A stretch of 64,000 nucleotides of DNA, taken from contig JBBPEB010000029.1 in NCBI GenBank assembly GCA_039096225.1, forward strand, positions 310,001-374,000, written 5' to 3'. The translations under genes were made by a program, and so were the position numbers. Of the stretch, positions 1 to 11,607 are shown in pieces. Below the pieces are notes generated by a model, which was not told the DNA's origin, searched no databases, and was given only the letters and a program-made list of their open reading frames with translations. The DNA comes from Blastocystis sp. Blastoise (Eukaryota; Protista; Bigyra: Opalinata). Every line of letters begins with the position of its first letter. Position 1 is the first letter of the stretch.

Positions 1-1368
1 ATATTATATAGGGAGCATCCTCTATACTTATTAACCTTATCAATTTGTGTAGGAGATAGTAGTGACTCATTAATAATCTTATTCCATTCTTCTTCGTCAT
101 CTGCTAAAATTAATTGTGGCATAACAATGGATAATGGACTTCCTTTACGGCAGATCTTCTTTAAGATATGAAAAGCACAAGAAAAGGGAATACATTCATT
201 GAATACTTTTGGAATACTGTTTTGTAGGCCTTTATCCATGTCTGAAAAGAATGATATATTATTCGTTGAACAATGTTCCTTCTCTAAAGATCTTTTGAGG
301 TGTATCTGGAAGTTTTGCCACGTTGCAGAACATTCAACTGCATATAGACCAAAAGCTAGCAGCATTAACTTTCTTTCAATTGTAATTGTAACTGCTGTCA
401 ATAAAGTTTGATTGGTTCTCTTCAAATGTGTTCCATCCAAGAAGATTATGGGCTGAGATATCTTTTTATATATATCAATATTTGATTTTAAACTGACGAA
501 GTAGTATAGAAATTCATTTGATTCATTTTGATCATTAGTATTAGTAGGAGTATCTTGTTCTGTACTTGTTTCTCTATTCTCATCGGTCTCTACGTTATTA
601 CTGTGCCCTAATAGAACTTCATCAAATAGATCATCATGAAAATCATCTATATTATTATTATTGGAATTAATAATATTGCTTCTTTCTTTTTCGTAAGTAG
701 TATAATCTAAATAGTCTATTGCATCATATGATGCTATATCCTTATAGTTCATACCTGATGGTAAACATCCATATGCAGTGTAGTTTCCCTTAGAATTGAT
801 TGCTTCTAATATTCCTGGAATAAGGTTAAATTTATTATCTCCTTTGGGACCAATTTTTTCTAGTACGTATCTACAGACTCCTATTGATGTATTCAATCCT
901 TGTGTTTCTAAGTATTTCTTCATTTGAGTTGATGAATCGAAATATTTTGTTAAATTATTTTCCTTAAGATACTCTATTACTGTCTGTGAGGTGATATTCT
1001 TTTTAATTGATTTATTAGATTTATTATAAAATTAATAATTCATTGATGCAGATGAAGTCATTGCTTTAAACTTTTCAATCGTTATTCCATGAATCTCTTC
1101 GTATTCAAATATTACTATTTCGTTATTACTAATCAAACTAGAACTATTAAATGGATTTGTACTATTATTGTTATCGGTGTTGTTGTCGTTTCCATGGTTA
1201 TCATCTTCATTATTTTCAGACACTTCATGTTGCTCCTTGCTATATATAGAATTATATACAATATTTTTAATATATCTATATATATATCTATATATATTGA
1301 TATATAGGTTTAGAATATATGCTGATATAGGTTTAGTTGAATATTATGTAGGTATAAGAACAGATAAA

Positions 1369-1369
<1 letters not shown>

Positions 1370-1461
<92 letters not shown>
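1370..1461. repeat. (AT)n microsatellite in MULE intron
   Basis: Pure AT dinucleotide run. Confidence 0.95.
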
Positions 1462-1463
<2 letters not shown>

Positions 1464-1521
1464 TTTAGAATATATATGGATATGGATATAGATATATGTA
1501 GGTATAGGTGTAGTTGAATAT

Positions 1522-1558
<37 letters not shown>

Positions 1559-1739
1559 TTTATTTCATTTTGATTGTTAATAAAATAGTTTATACAGTCT
1601 ATATAGATTATAATGGTGTTGATAAAGATTGTTTTATATACCTTTTGGCAAATATTTTATATCAACCAGATTTTCTTGATTCAACTCAATATATATGTTA
1701 CAATTTCTATTACAAATCTATAAATATGTATATTATTAT

Positions 1740-2133
1740 TAATATAATATAATATAATATAATATAATATAATATAATATAATAGTATATAATAGTATAT
1801 AATATAATATAATATAATATAATATAATATAATATAATATAATATAATATAATATAATATAATATAATAGTATATAATAGTATATAATATAATATAATAG
1901 TATATAATAGTATATAATAGTATATAATAGTATATAATAGTATATAATAGTATATAATAGTATATAATATAATAGTATATAATAGTATATAATAGTATAT
2001 AATAGTATATAATATAATATAATATAATATAATATAATAGTATATAATAGTATATAATATAATAGTATATAATATAATATAATAGTATATAATAGTATAT
2101 AATATAATATAATAGTATATAATATAATATAAT
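1740..2133. repeat. (ATATA)n/(ATAGTATATA)n microsatellite; a short stretch of the same repeat recurs at ~5112-5145 on the far side of the Helitron-like insertion
   Basis: Direct inspection. Confidence 0.95.
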
Positions 2134-2134
2134 A

Positions 2135-5106
2135 CAAGCGTTTCACGACTGGCTACGCCAGCCTACGCTTGAATCTAGATAAAAATTAAAAAAATAGTTT
2201 GTAAAAAAAATATCTATTCATTATTTTAAATTAATAGTTCATAATAAATTCAAATTTAATAATAACATTAATGACTATTTCATTAAATAAAAACTAAAAA
2301 TTAAAATATAAATCAAAGATTACACTACATTTCATAACTAAATATGTTTAAATACTTTGAAAACGTTTATTATTGTACATAAAATATAGTTTATAAAACA
2401 AATAAGTTATCATAAAAAAACTCTAAAAGACTTTAACATTTGAAATACACATATCTACTTTTATTAAAATTAATTTTATGCTAATATATACATATATTTA
2501 ATTTATTATTTTAATTTATAAAAAGTAACTTGAATTTCATTTGTTTAAAGTCACAATTACAAAAAATGAGTTCTTTTGAAAGACAAAAAACATTCTTTAA
2601 ACAATAATAGTTTTGTATTTAGTGACAAAAAAACGTATTATACTGTTTTAGAAACAATTAAAATCTTTTTACCCATTCTAACATTCCTATCAAACAGTCA
2701 ACCACATTTAATTAAATTAATTTTTAATATTTTATGTTCTATAATAAGTCTATTTATTATTTTAATAAAAGGTAACTTGAATCTCTTGACTTAACTATTG
2801 TAATTCTAAAAAAATAATTTTTTAAACAACTTAAAATATTTATTTATTGTAGATTTTAATATAAAACAATTTAAAAACACTCTATACATACTTTCTACAA
2901 CCATTTTAAAAAATAGACTCATTTTAACATTTTGGTCAAACACACAACCACCTTTATTTCAAACAATTCTTTTATTATTATAAACATTAAACACTCTAAT
3001 ACTCATTTTTACAAAAAGTGTATTGAATCTCTTCACTTAAGACAGTCAAACAGACAATTCAAAATCATTTTACCCTTTAAATTCATTATAAAGTGATAAT
3101 ATTTTCAGAATTGTCCTAATATGTGGTTCAGGACACATTGAACTACTTTTTACAAAATTATGAGTCAACATGTCCACTTGCTCATTCACTCGTCAAACTT
3201 TTTTTTGACTATTTTTTTGAGATATGCAATACATATAAGGTCTAGTTATCAAATATGTAAAAATTAATTGTCAAATATGAATTTGATTTGTCAACTTTCA
3301 GAAAATTTTTAGAAAAATGATTTTTCAATTTTCAGTTTTTTAACATGTTATACTATTGACTCTACTAAACTCATTTCTTAATTAATTTTAAATATTAAAA
3401 TTTATATTATTAATATGTTTTATTCTCTATATTTATTTGTTATAATTATATAAAATAATTAAATATTGACTGAGAAATTAATGTTATAAAGTATACCCTT
3501 TTTTCAAAAATTAATTTTTTTATGTTTTGCATATATAATTTTTTATCTCAAAAGTTATTTTATATTTTGATATTATTTTTATAAATTTATAAATTATATG
3601 TCATCTAGTTTATAAATAAGTTTTATTTATTTTTTAAAAATTAATATTGATGGAGAAATTGTCAAAATAAACTATAGTATCAAAAATGCTTTCTTCTTTT
3701 TAAACGACTTATTTCACTAATTAAAGACAATTAAAAACAAATTTATTTATTTAAAGCATATTTATGACATTTACAACTCATAATGACTCATAACTAACTT
3801 TTTAGAACAAACATTGTCAATATCAGTTCAACATGTTGTCTTAAAATTTTCAAATAAGTCACACAAAGTGTCTATGAGTGATTCTAAACACGAATTGAAA
3901 CGTTTTAATAGTTTATTGAGTTAACATTGTCTGGTGATCTGTTGTCAAAGTCCTTTAAAAACAAAATAAAATTCTAAAATATGTTTATTTTGATATATAG
4001 TTTTTAAATATAAAGTCTAATGTCAAATAAAATTGCTAATGATGAAATTATTGACAACAAACAAATAAAAAATTTTTGAGAAAAATTTCGAACGTCATTT
4101 TTTTATTGAGTTCAACTATTGTCTCCTATGACTTCATTTTTTAATATTTTGAAAAAATGACAAAAACGGATGACATTTAGGTCGTCCTATATCTAAATAA
4201 GCTTTAACTTTATTATTTTATAAAATATTGACTGAGATCTAGTGATCACAAAATATACCCTTTTTAGAAATTTTTCATTTTTATGTTTTTCATATAAATG
4301 TATGTTTCTCAGTCAATATTCAATATTAAGTAAAAATATAAAAAACGGATGACATTTATGTTGTCTAGTTTACAAATATGTTTTTACTTGTATTATATGT
4401 TGAATATTGACTGAGATCTGATGATCACAAAATTGGGTATCAAAGAAGAAAAATTTTTAAAAGCAAATATTTCTCTTTTAAAAAGTATATGACAAATATA
4501 AAACATATTCATGACGGATATAGAGTTAAATAAATACATTAAAGCTCAAATAAGTTTATAAAGAAGGAATGTGTTGGATATCAGTTTGTCTTTTGTCGTT
4601 ATTTAAAGGAATTATTGCTATTTCAGAGTAGTCAAAGTCATTTACATTACGAATGTAATCATTTTAGAGTTAAAAGTTAGTAATGTGTGTATTGATATGT
4701 TGTCAAGTTGTAAATATAAACAAATTTACCCGTCAAAACTATTTATACGACCAACCCGTCAATAAAAGTCAATTTTATAAAAATAAATATAGAGTATGTG
4801 AGTAGATATAGGAAAAATAAGAAAACAATAAAAAATGAAAAACGAAAAATAAGTGTTTTTATAAAAATGAAAAATATTGGATAAAATAAAAATAATCCAA
4901 TAATTTTGGTTAAAATTTTGTGCGAAAATGGTTTTTTGCGATTTTTAGCCAGAAATTTAGAGTTTTTGAAAATTTTCTTTAACAGTCATTTTCAGAATTG
5001 TGTTCTGGATTTTATAATGTTATTTTTATTTTATAAAAGTTAATAACAAAGTCAATAAAGGTGAAAGTGTGTGAGACACCGTACTTTTGGGCTGCTAAAT
5101 TAAGGA
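2135..5106 (-). mobile_element. Non-autonomous Helitron-like element A (~2.97 kb) inserted in MULE intron 2
   Basis: Minus strand reads A|TCCTTAATTTAGCAGCCC at the 5' end (5106) and GGCTGGC-GTA-GCCAGTC hairpin + GTGAAACG + CTTG|T at the 3' end (2135). A|T target, no TSD, no long ORF. Internal ~246-bp and ~180-bp degenerate repeats. Removing it rejoins the intron microsatellite. Confidence 0.7.
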
Positions 5107-6519
5107 TATTAATAATAGTATATAATATAATATAATATAATATATAGAAAAAAGTTTTAATTTATGTATACTTCATAGTTGTGTAACCGGTACTTTATCA
5201 GCTTAAATCCTTGAATATCTGATCCTAGATAGTGTAAATAGAAGGGACATTGTGTGTTTGAACATATAATGTCAATAACCTTTTTATTTGATCTTTTTGT
5301 TTTATAACTATATCCTATCTTTTGCATTTTCAAATTAATATCTTTTAAAAGCTCTTGTTTTGTTTTGTAAATCAACTGAATTGAATAAATATTATCTTTT
5401 TCAAAAGCAATCATTGCCTCTTGACTAACCATTTCATCGTAATTAATAAAAAGAATATCCTTATTACTCTGTTGAGACTGATTTAAAACCTATATGTACA
5501 TGATCAACAAATAAAATATGATTATTATGTAATTAATGAATACCTCTTCGTTGTCTGACATTATAGATTACAGTTGTAATTCAAAATCCAGAAACGTCTA
5601 CAGTTTTTAAAATGTTTTCTTAAAAAAAGAAATACTGGTTTTGATCATTTTTTAAGCAGTATAGCTTTTATTATTAATGCAATAAATGATTAACTAGTAT
5701 ATTCTATATCTTTTATTGACATTCTATCATAAATAATACATATAATAATTTTCTGACGACTAATTAATAATCAATTTTTTATATTTAAAACTAAATATGC
5801 TTTTTACATGTTAAATTACTTAAATAACGAGATTCTAAATAATTTTAAGTCAACATAAACAAAAATTAATACTTACCAATTTGGTATGTGTAATACAAAA
5901 AGGTTATTTTCATTTACATCACACTAACACATCAATAATCAGCTGAGTACGTGTAAGAATGTATTCTGTTATAAAATTCAGGGTGGAAATCTAGAATTAT
6001 TGCAAATTTGATTGCAACATTCCAATTGCTTTGAGATATGTTTGCGGCTTTTTTAAAAAGAATGAGCTACCAAACCAAAACATACAAATTATTACCCAAT
6101 ATTGGATAAAAGTAACTTTTATTTAAAAAATTTTTAACAATTTTTGTGGTAAAAATATTTTTATTCTAAAAATAAAAATGAAAAAATTATTATCCAATGA
6201 ATGACTGTATATCAATTATTAACACATGTTTATTGATCTAAAAGCGATTAATATGAAATAATCAGAATTTTAAGCAAAATAAAGCTCAAAATGTGACAAT
6301 TTCAACATATTTATGTAAAAAATTGATATTTTCCATCGTTTCGAAGATTATTTTGACATTTTCAAAATCTCTAACAAAATATTGATATTCTCAGCAGTAT
6401 CTCTTGATGCTATTCGTATACACAAAACTAGGGTCACGCCGCAGGTCCGGGGCCTAACGGCACCGGACCGCGGCTGCATAAAATAATAACAGTTTGGCTT
6501 TTATTTTCTTTTTTTTCAT

Positions 6520-7005
6520 TATTATATATTATCTATTATATATTATTATTTATTATTCATTATCTATTATATATTATATATTATATATTATTATCTATTA
6601 TCTATTATATATTATATATTATATATTATATATTATATATTATATATTATATATTATATATTATATATTATATATTATATATTATATATTATATATTATA
6701 TATTATATATTATATATTATATATTATATATTATATATTATATATTATATATTATATATTATATATTATATATTATATATTATATATTATATATTATATA
6801 TTATATATTATATATTATATATTATATATTATATATTATATATTATATATTATATATTATATATTATATATTATATATTATATATTATATATTATATATT
6901 ATATATTATATATTATATATTATATATTATATATTATATATTATATATTATATATTATATATTATATATTATATATTATATATTATATATTATATATTAT
7001 ATATT
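6520..7005. repeat. (TATATTA)n heptamer microsatellite inside element B
   Basis: Direct inspection; explains the spurious IIYYILY ORF 6494..7012. Confidence 0.95.
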
Positions 7006-7559
7006 ACTTTAATAACGCTTCTTATACTCTATATGGAGAGTCACAATCATTTATTGATTGTAATCAGGTTCAATTCCTGATATAAGAATTAAATAAATTC
7101 TTTAAATGATATCAAAAAAACTAAAAACAATACTTGAAAGAAAATTAAAAAACTATTTTGAATCATTATACATATTATTTATTATTTTTAAAATATATTT
7201 TGTATTTATTAATAATTAAACAACTGTTTTAAACATTTTGTGAGTTTTTAAAGTCAATAACTTTAGAAATGAGTCACAATGTGAAGAACTCTGAAGTATT
7301 TTTAATTCATAAAATTTATTTAAATAAACGTAATATAATGATTTAAACTCATTTTCATACTTTTTAAAAGAATTAGAAAGCTTTAATCATAACAAAGTCA
7401 GCATTCATTCTAACTTTGACTAATAAAACATGGTTTAAAAAGTTAATATTTCTTCAGTTGTCTCAAATACTTATTTTAATCATAAATGACTCGAAAAAGT
7501 GACTTTTAAATAGACTTTACCCATTCAAGATCCACTGTATCAAAACAGTTTCCTTCAGT

Positions 7560-8920
7560 CTTTTGATATAGTATAGAGTTTATTATACTATTTATTGAAT
7601 AAAAGTAAATGTTTTGAATCTCTGTCTTAAAGACCCTTTTTGACACATTATGAAAAGTTGACACACTTAAACTCATTTTTATAAGCTAATATTTACATAC
7701 TATACTCAGTATAGTGTTAGCTACACATTGGTCATCACTTTAAAACATTTTATAAACCTTTTGCATTTGCTCATTTACTTTGACCAAAATATTTTCGTCC
7801 CTCCTTTTGACATAATATAGACTGTGTGGTCTAGTTATATGAAAGTGAGGGGGAATTTTGAATCTCGTCCTCTAAGTCAATCATTTTCACATTTTTTAAA
7901 ATTTATACCCCTAAACTTGATATTTTGACTCAACTTTTCTACAGTGTTCCAAAAACACGATTTTGGATAAACTGAGTGAAAAATATTTTTTCAATAACTC
8001 TCACAACCCTTCACACATGCAGTCTCTAAAAATAGATTTTGCTATATTTTTGATATGTTGTAGAGTGTCTCTTAGTGTATACTGAACAATATCTCGTTTC
8101 TTAAAACTCTCATTTTATGACTCACTCTAAACATATTTTTACTAATTGAAAGGCTTAAACATATTTTTAAAAGCTAATATTTTCATAGTAGACTTTATAT
8201 GACTCTATAAACACATTAGTCATCACTTTAGACTTTTTAAGGACACTTTACTATTTGGTCATATACACTTTGATCAACATATTTTCGTCCCTTATTTTAA
8301 CATAATATAGATCATACACTCTAGTTTAATGCATAAAAGCTCTTATTTTGAATCTCGTCCTCTAAGTCACTCATTTTTACATTTTTTGAAATTTAATACC
8401 CTTAGAGTTGTTTTTTTGGCTCAATTTTTTTATAGTGCACGAAATTCACGATTTAACATAAACTGAAGTAAAAATAAATTTTAAATAATAGTCACAACCC
8501 TTCACACATCCACTCTCTAAAAATAGATTTTGCTATATTTTTGATATGTTGTAGAGCTACTACAGCTGTACACTAATTAATATCTCTAAATTTTTTATTC
8601 AAAGTCTAAGACTATGTTTTATACATTCTTTTAAATTTGACAACCTTAAACTATTTATTTAAAGCTATTATTCATAAAATAGACTTAATACATGATTCTA
8701 AACACATATGCAAACCCTTTTTCTTTTTAAGACACATTTTGTCATTTGCCGATACACTTTGACCTTCATAATTTTGACTCTCCTTTTAATATAGTATAGA
8801 GTATTATCTCTAGTTTATTAAATAAAAGTCATTATATTGAATCTCTCACTCTAAGACCACTTAATTCACACTTTTCAAAATTGTGACACTCAAACTCGTT
8901 ATTTTAAGACTTTGTTTTAA
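7560..8920. repeat. Degenerate ~490-bp tandem repeats (apparent ~245-bp half-units) inside element B
   Basis: GAATCTC..(T)CTAAG/TTAAAG motif at 7616, 7860, 8350 and 8839. CACAACCCTTCACACAT at ~8002 and ~8493. CTCTAAAAATAGATTTTGCTATATTTTTGATATGTTGTAGAG at ~8024 and ~8515. Confidence 0.85.
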
Positions 8921-9560
8921 CTATAGTAGTTTAATGACCTATTGATTACTATGATACAATATTAGTCCATTATAAGAAGATCGATGAAAATATCGATCAC
9001 TCAAAAATCGTCCTCAGGAGCTGAAAATTGGTACACCTAGGTTTTTTGACCTCCTGAATCAGAATATGATGTCAAATTAAGAATCTAAATTTGACCGTTA
9101 AGGCCTCACGTGTTCAATATGAAAAAGTATTAAAAAATAGATAAATATAAAGAATAAACACGGATAACGTATATTGTGGGATTGATAAAAAATCAAGTTT
9201 ACCCCATGTTTATTTTCCAATTGTCTGGTCAACAATTTTTATCGGGGTCACCCCAAAGAGCCAATCAAAAACGACTCAAAAATCATGTTTTCTGTTTTTT
9301 TATTAATAACTTTTTAATTATTAATAATATCGCTTAACCAAATATACGGTGCACAACTACACGTTATATCGTATTGAACTGTGTCTCAACCAAAAGCTAA
9401 CTCCCCGTAAGTTTAGAGGAGTTGCGGCGACAAACTATAGTATACATTAGCCAATCAAATGCATTTTCCAAAAACTGACCAATGGGAATTTTTTTGCCTA
9501 TTCTCATATATATAGTAATGATATATTATTATTCCAAAAAGAAAACAATTTCTTTTTTAG

Positions 9561-11607
9561 ATAATATTGTTTATACTCATTCAATTCATATTGATATAAA
9601 TGGTATATATATTAATGTATTCTATATTTATAAATTCATGGCATTAAAATAATCTAAATAATTTATTATATTTTACTATTTGCTATATAGATGAATTTTT
9701 TTATTATTTTCCACATTTAAAAGAATTATTAGAGAAGAGTCTAATTTCCTTTGATAAACTTTATAGTATATAATATTTATTATAATTTTTTTTTAATATA
9801 TATTATCTACATATTATATAACTTATATATTATAAAGTTAATACTACAAATTTTGAAAATATCAAAACTTTGAATTCTTTTGAAAATTATAAACAGAATA
9901 TAAGCGCGATATCTTTGGAATTTTATAGTATTCATTTTATTCAATAAATATATAGTTGATATATAATTATAATACAAGTATTTATTAATATATCGATAAT
10001 ATAGTTCATGATGATGATGATGATGATAATGATGATGATGATGATAATGATGATAATGATGATAATGATGATGATAATGATGATGATGATAATGATGATG
10101 ATGATAATGATGATGATAATGATGATGATAATGATGATGATAATAAAAATGAAATTAATATTAGAAATACATTAGAAAGATTCTTAAAGTTTAATGCAAT
10201 AAAAAATTTAAATAAGTTAATCGTTTCAAGTATATTCTATGTAGATATTACTATCATTCTTTATATAATATATATAGTTGATGAAAATATAAGTATAGAA
10301 CGTTTAGAATGGATATCAACTCTCTTTAATGAAAATGAGTTTAATACTATTCATATACTAAACATTATTTGTATATTATATTATTAATGCATTTAAAAAC
10401 ATAAATATAGTATATTATGTCAAAAAAAACTCATCATCTGAATATTTATCTATATATGAGAATATAATGGATAAATTAATTCCTAAAGCTTCTAATGTTA
10501 CAATATGTGGTAATTATTTATATATATAATTATTATGTATTATGATAATTGATTTAATAATTTTAACTATTCTTATTAGATTGTACTATGACTTTTATAA
10601 ATCGATTAATTCGCAAAGGTTGTTTCCATAATACAACTCACTTAGATCTACGTATATATATATATTAAATATATATAATGTTTTAATCATAGTATATTAT
10701 ATATTTCATCCTGATATTTTTTTTTATACGAATATTAATTTAGATATTGCTAATATACTGGATGATAACTTTTGTGAAATATATACTACAACAAATTTCC
10801 CTAAATTAGAATTTATCGAGCTTTGTATTTATGAATAATAATATATATTGTTATTTATCATAGTTATTAATATATACATTTTTATTATCTAATAATTATT
10901 TTTTTATATTATATATTTATAGCTCACTGTAGTGATATAAATTGTTGGATTGTTTTTTTTTAAAAAACTTTTAAAATATATTAATAATAGTGACTTTCCA
11001 TCTTCAACTAGTTTTCAATTACATTGTATATTAGTAATAGTATTCTTATTCATATTCATAATAATTATAATTCAATAGTTACGAATTGTTGGAAAGATAA
11101 TTATATTTATAATCATAATACTTCTATTTTTCGATGTAAATATGATACTCATTCATTTATAGATACAATTATTGGTACACAGAGTATATATATATGTCTT
11201 AAAAATGTATTATATATTTATATATAGATATACAATTAAGTAAATATGAAATAGAAACATTATTTGATTGTATAAATGAAAATAAAGCTCAAAGCATAAG
11301 AAGTTTAAGATTATGTATATATATATATATATATGCTTTTAATTATTAATATAATATTTCATTCTTAAAGATATTTATGATGATACACAATTATCAAAAC
11401 TTATCGAATGTATTATTAATGGAAAAATTCCAAAACTAAAAGAGTTTACTTTTTTTACTGGTATATTTATAATTATGTATATCAATACTATATAATATAG
11501 ATGAAAAAATTTCATCTCAACAAAAAACTATATGTAAACAACAAGTGAATAACTCGTCATTTATTAAGGAAAATCATATATATTATACATTCAAAAGAAT
11601 ATGGTAA
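9561..11607 (+). CDS. Multi-exon hypothetical protein with LRR-like 'FPKL' segments and a poly-Asp/Asn tract; the 5' part probably lies upstream of element B (~6320-6415) and looks degenerate
   Basis: Series of short, mostly phase-1 exons translating e.g. EFFIIFPHLKELLEK, NAIKNLNKLIVS, TNFPKLEFIEL, GKIPKLKEFTFF and ...YYTFKRIW*. (GAT/AAT)n at 10008-10143. Some junctions are uncertain. Confidence 0.55.

Larger units (their letters stand above)
1..5561 (-). mobile_element. Mutator/MULE-family transposase gene, 5 exons (5544-5561, 5172-5489, 1642-1717, 1559-1598, <1-1239), 3'-truncated by the window; in-frame TAA at 1032-1034 (probable pseudogene)
   Basis: Manual minus-strand translation. Exon 2 encodes a MuDR-type N-terminal zinc finger (KRSNKKVIDIICSNTQCPFYLH...RLHNYE|IC). 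Exon 5 encodes the MULE catalytic core: IIFLDGTHL (first Asp), SFFSDMDKGL (second Asp) and SCAFHILKK (CxxH). All four GT-AG junctions are phase-compatible (0,0,1,2). Confidence 0.88.
6428..9521 (-). mobile_element. Non-autonomous Helitron-like element B (~3.09 kb)
   Basis: Minus-strand 3' end: GC-rich hairpin GCCGC-GGTCCGG..GTTA..CCGGACC-T-GCGGC (6438-6474), 6 nt spacer, CTAG|T (6431-6428). 5' end A|TCATTACTATATATATGAG at 9521. Contains a microsatellite and ~490-bp tandem repeats; no coding capacity. Confidence 0.78.

Noticed and set aside
2174-2178. CTAG after the hairpin on the plus strand as a plus-strand Helitron 3' end
   Set aside because: It is followed by A rather than T, the stable GTA triloop and G-T pair form only on the minus strand, and the upstream DNA is MULE intron/exon; the minus-strand reading fits better
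5600-6200. Possible MULE terminal inverted repeat
   Set aside because: The partner end lies outside the window; no TIR or TSD can be verified
1032-6330. Alternative genetic code (TAA read-through) suggested by in-frame TAAs in the MULE and LRR-like 5' exon
   Set aside because: Conserved genes (PP2A, CDC40, calreticulin, bL21) terminate at TAA at the expected positions and have no internal TAA/TAG
1168-7012. I/Y/L-rich ORFs 1168..1491, 1739..2146 and 6494..7012 (likewise 39115..39330, 43396..43677, 61284..61628)
   Set aside because: Translations of microsatellites
7560-8920. CRISPR-like array
   Set aside because: Units are long degenerate tandem repeats without unique spacers; eukaryotic context and no cas genes
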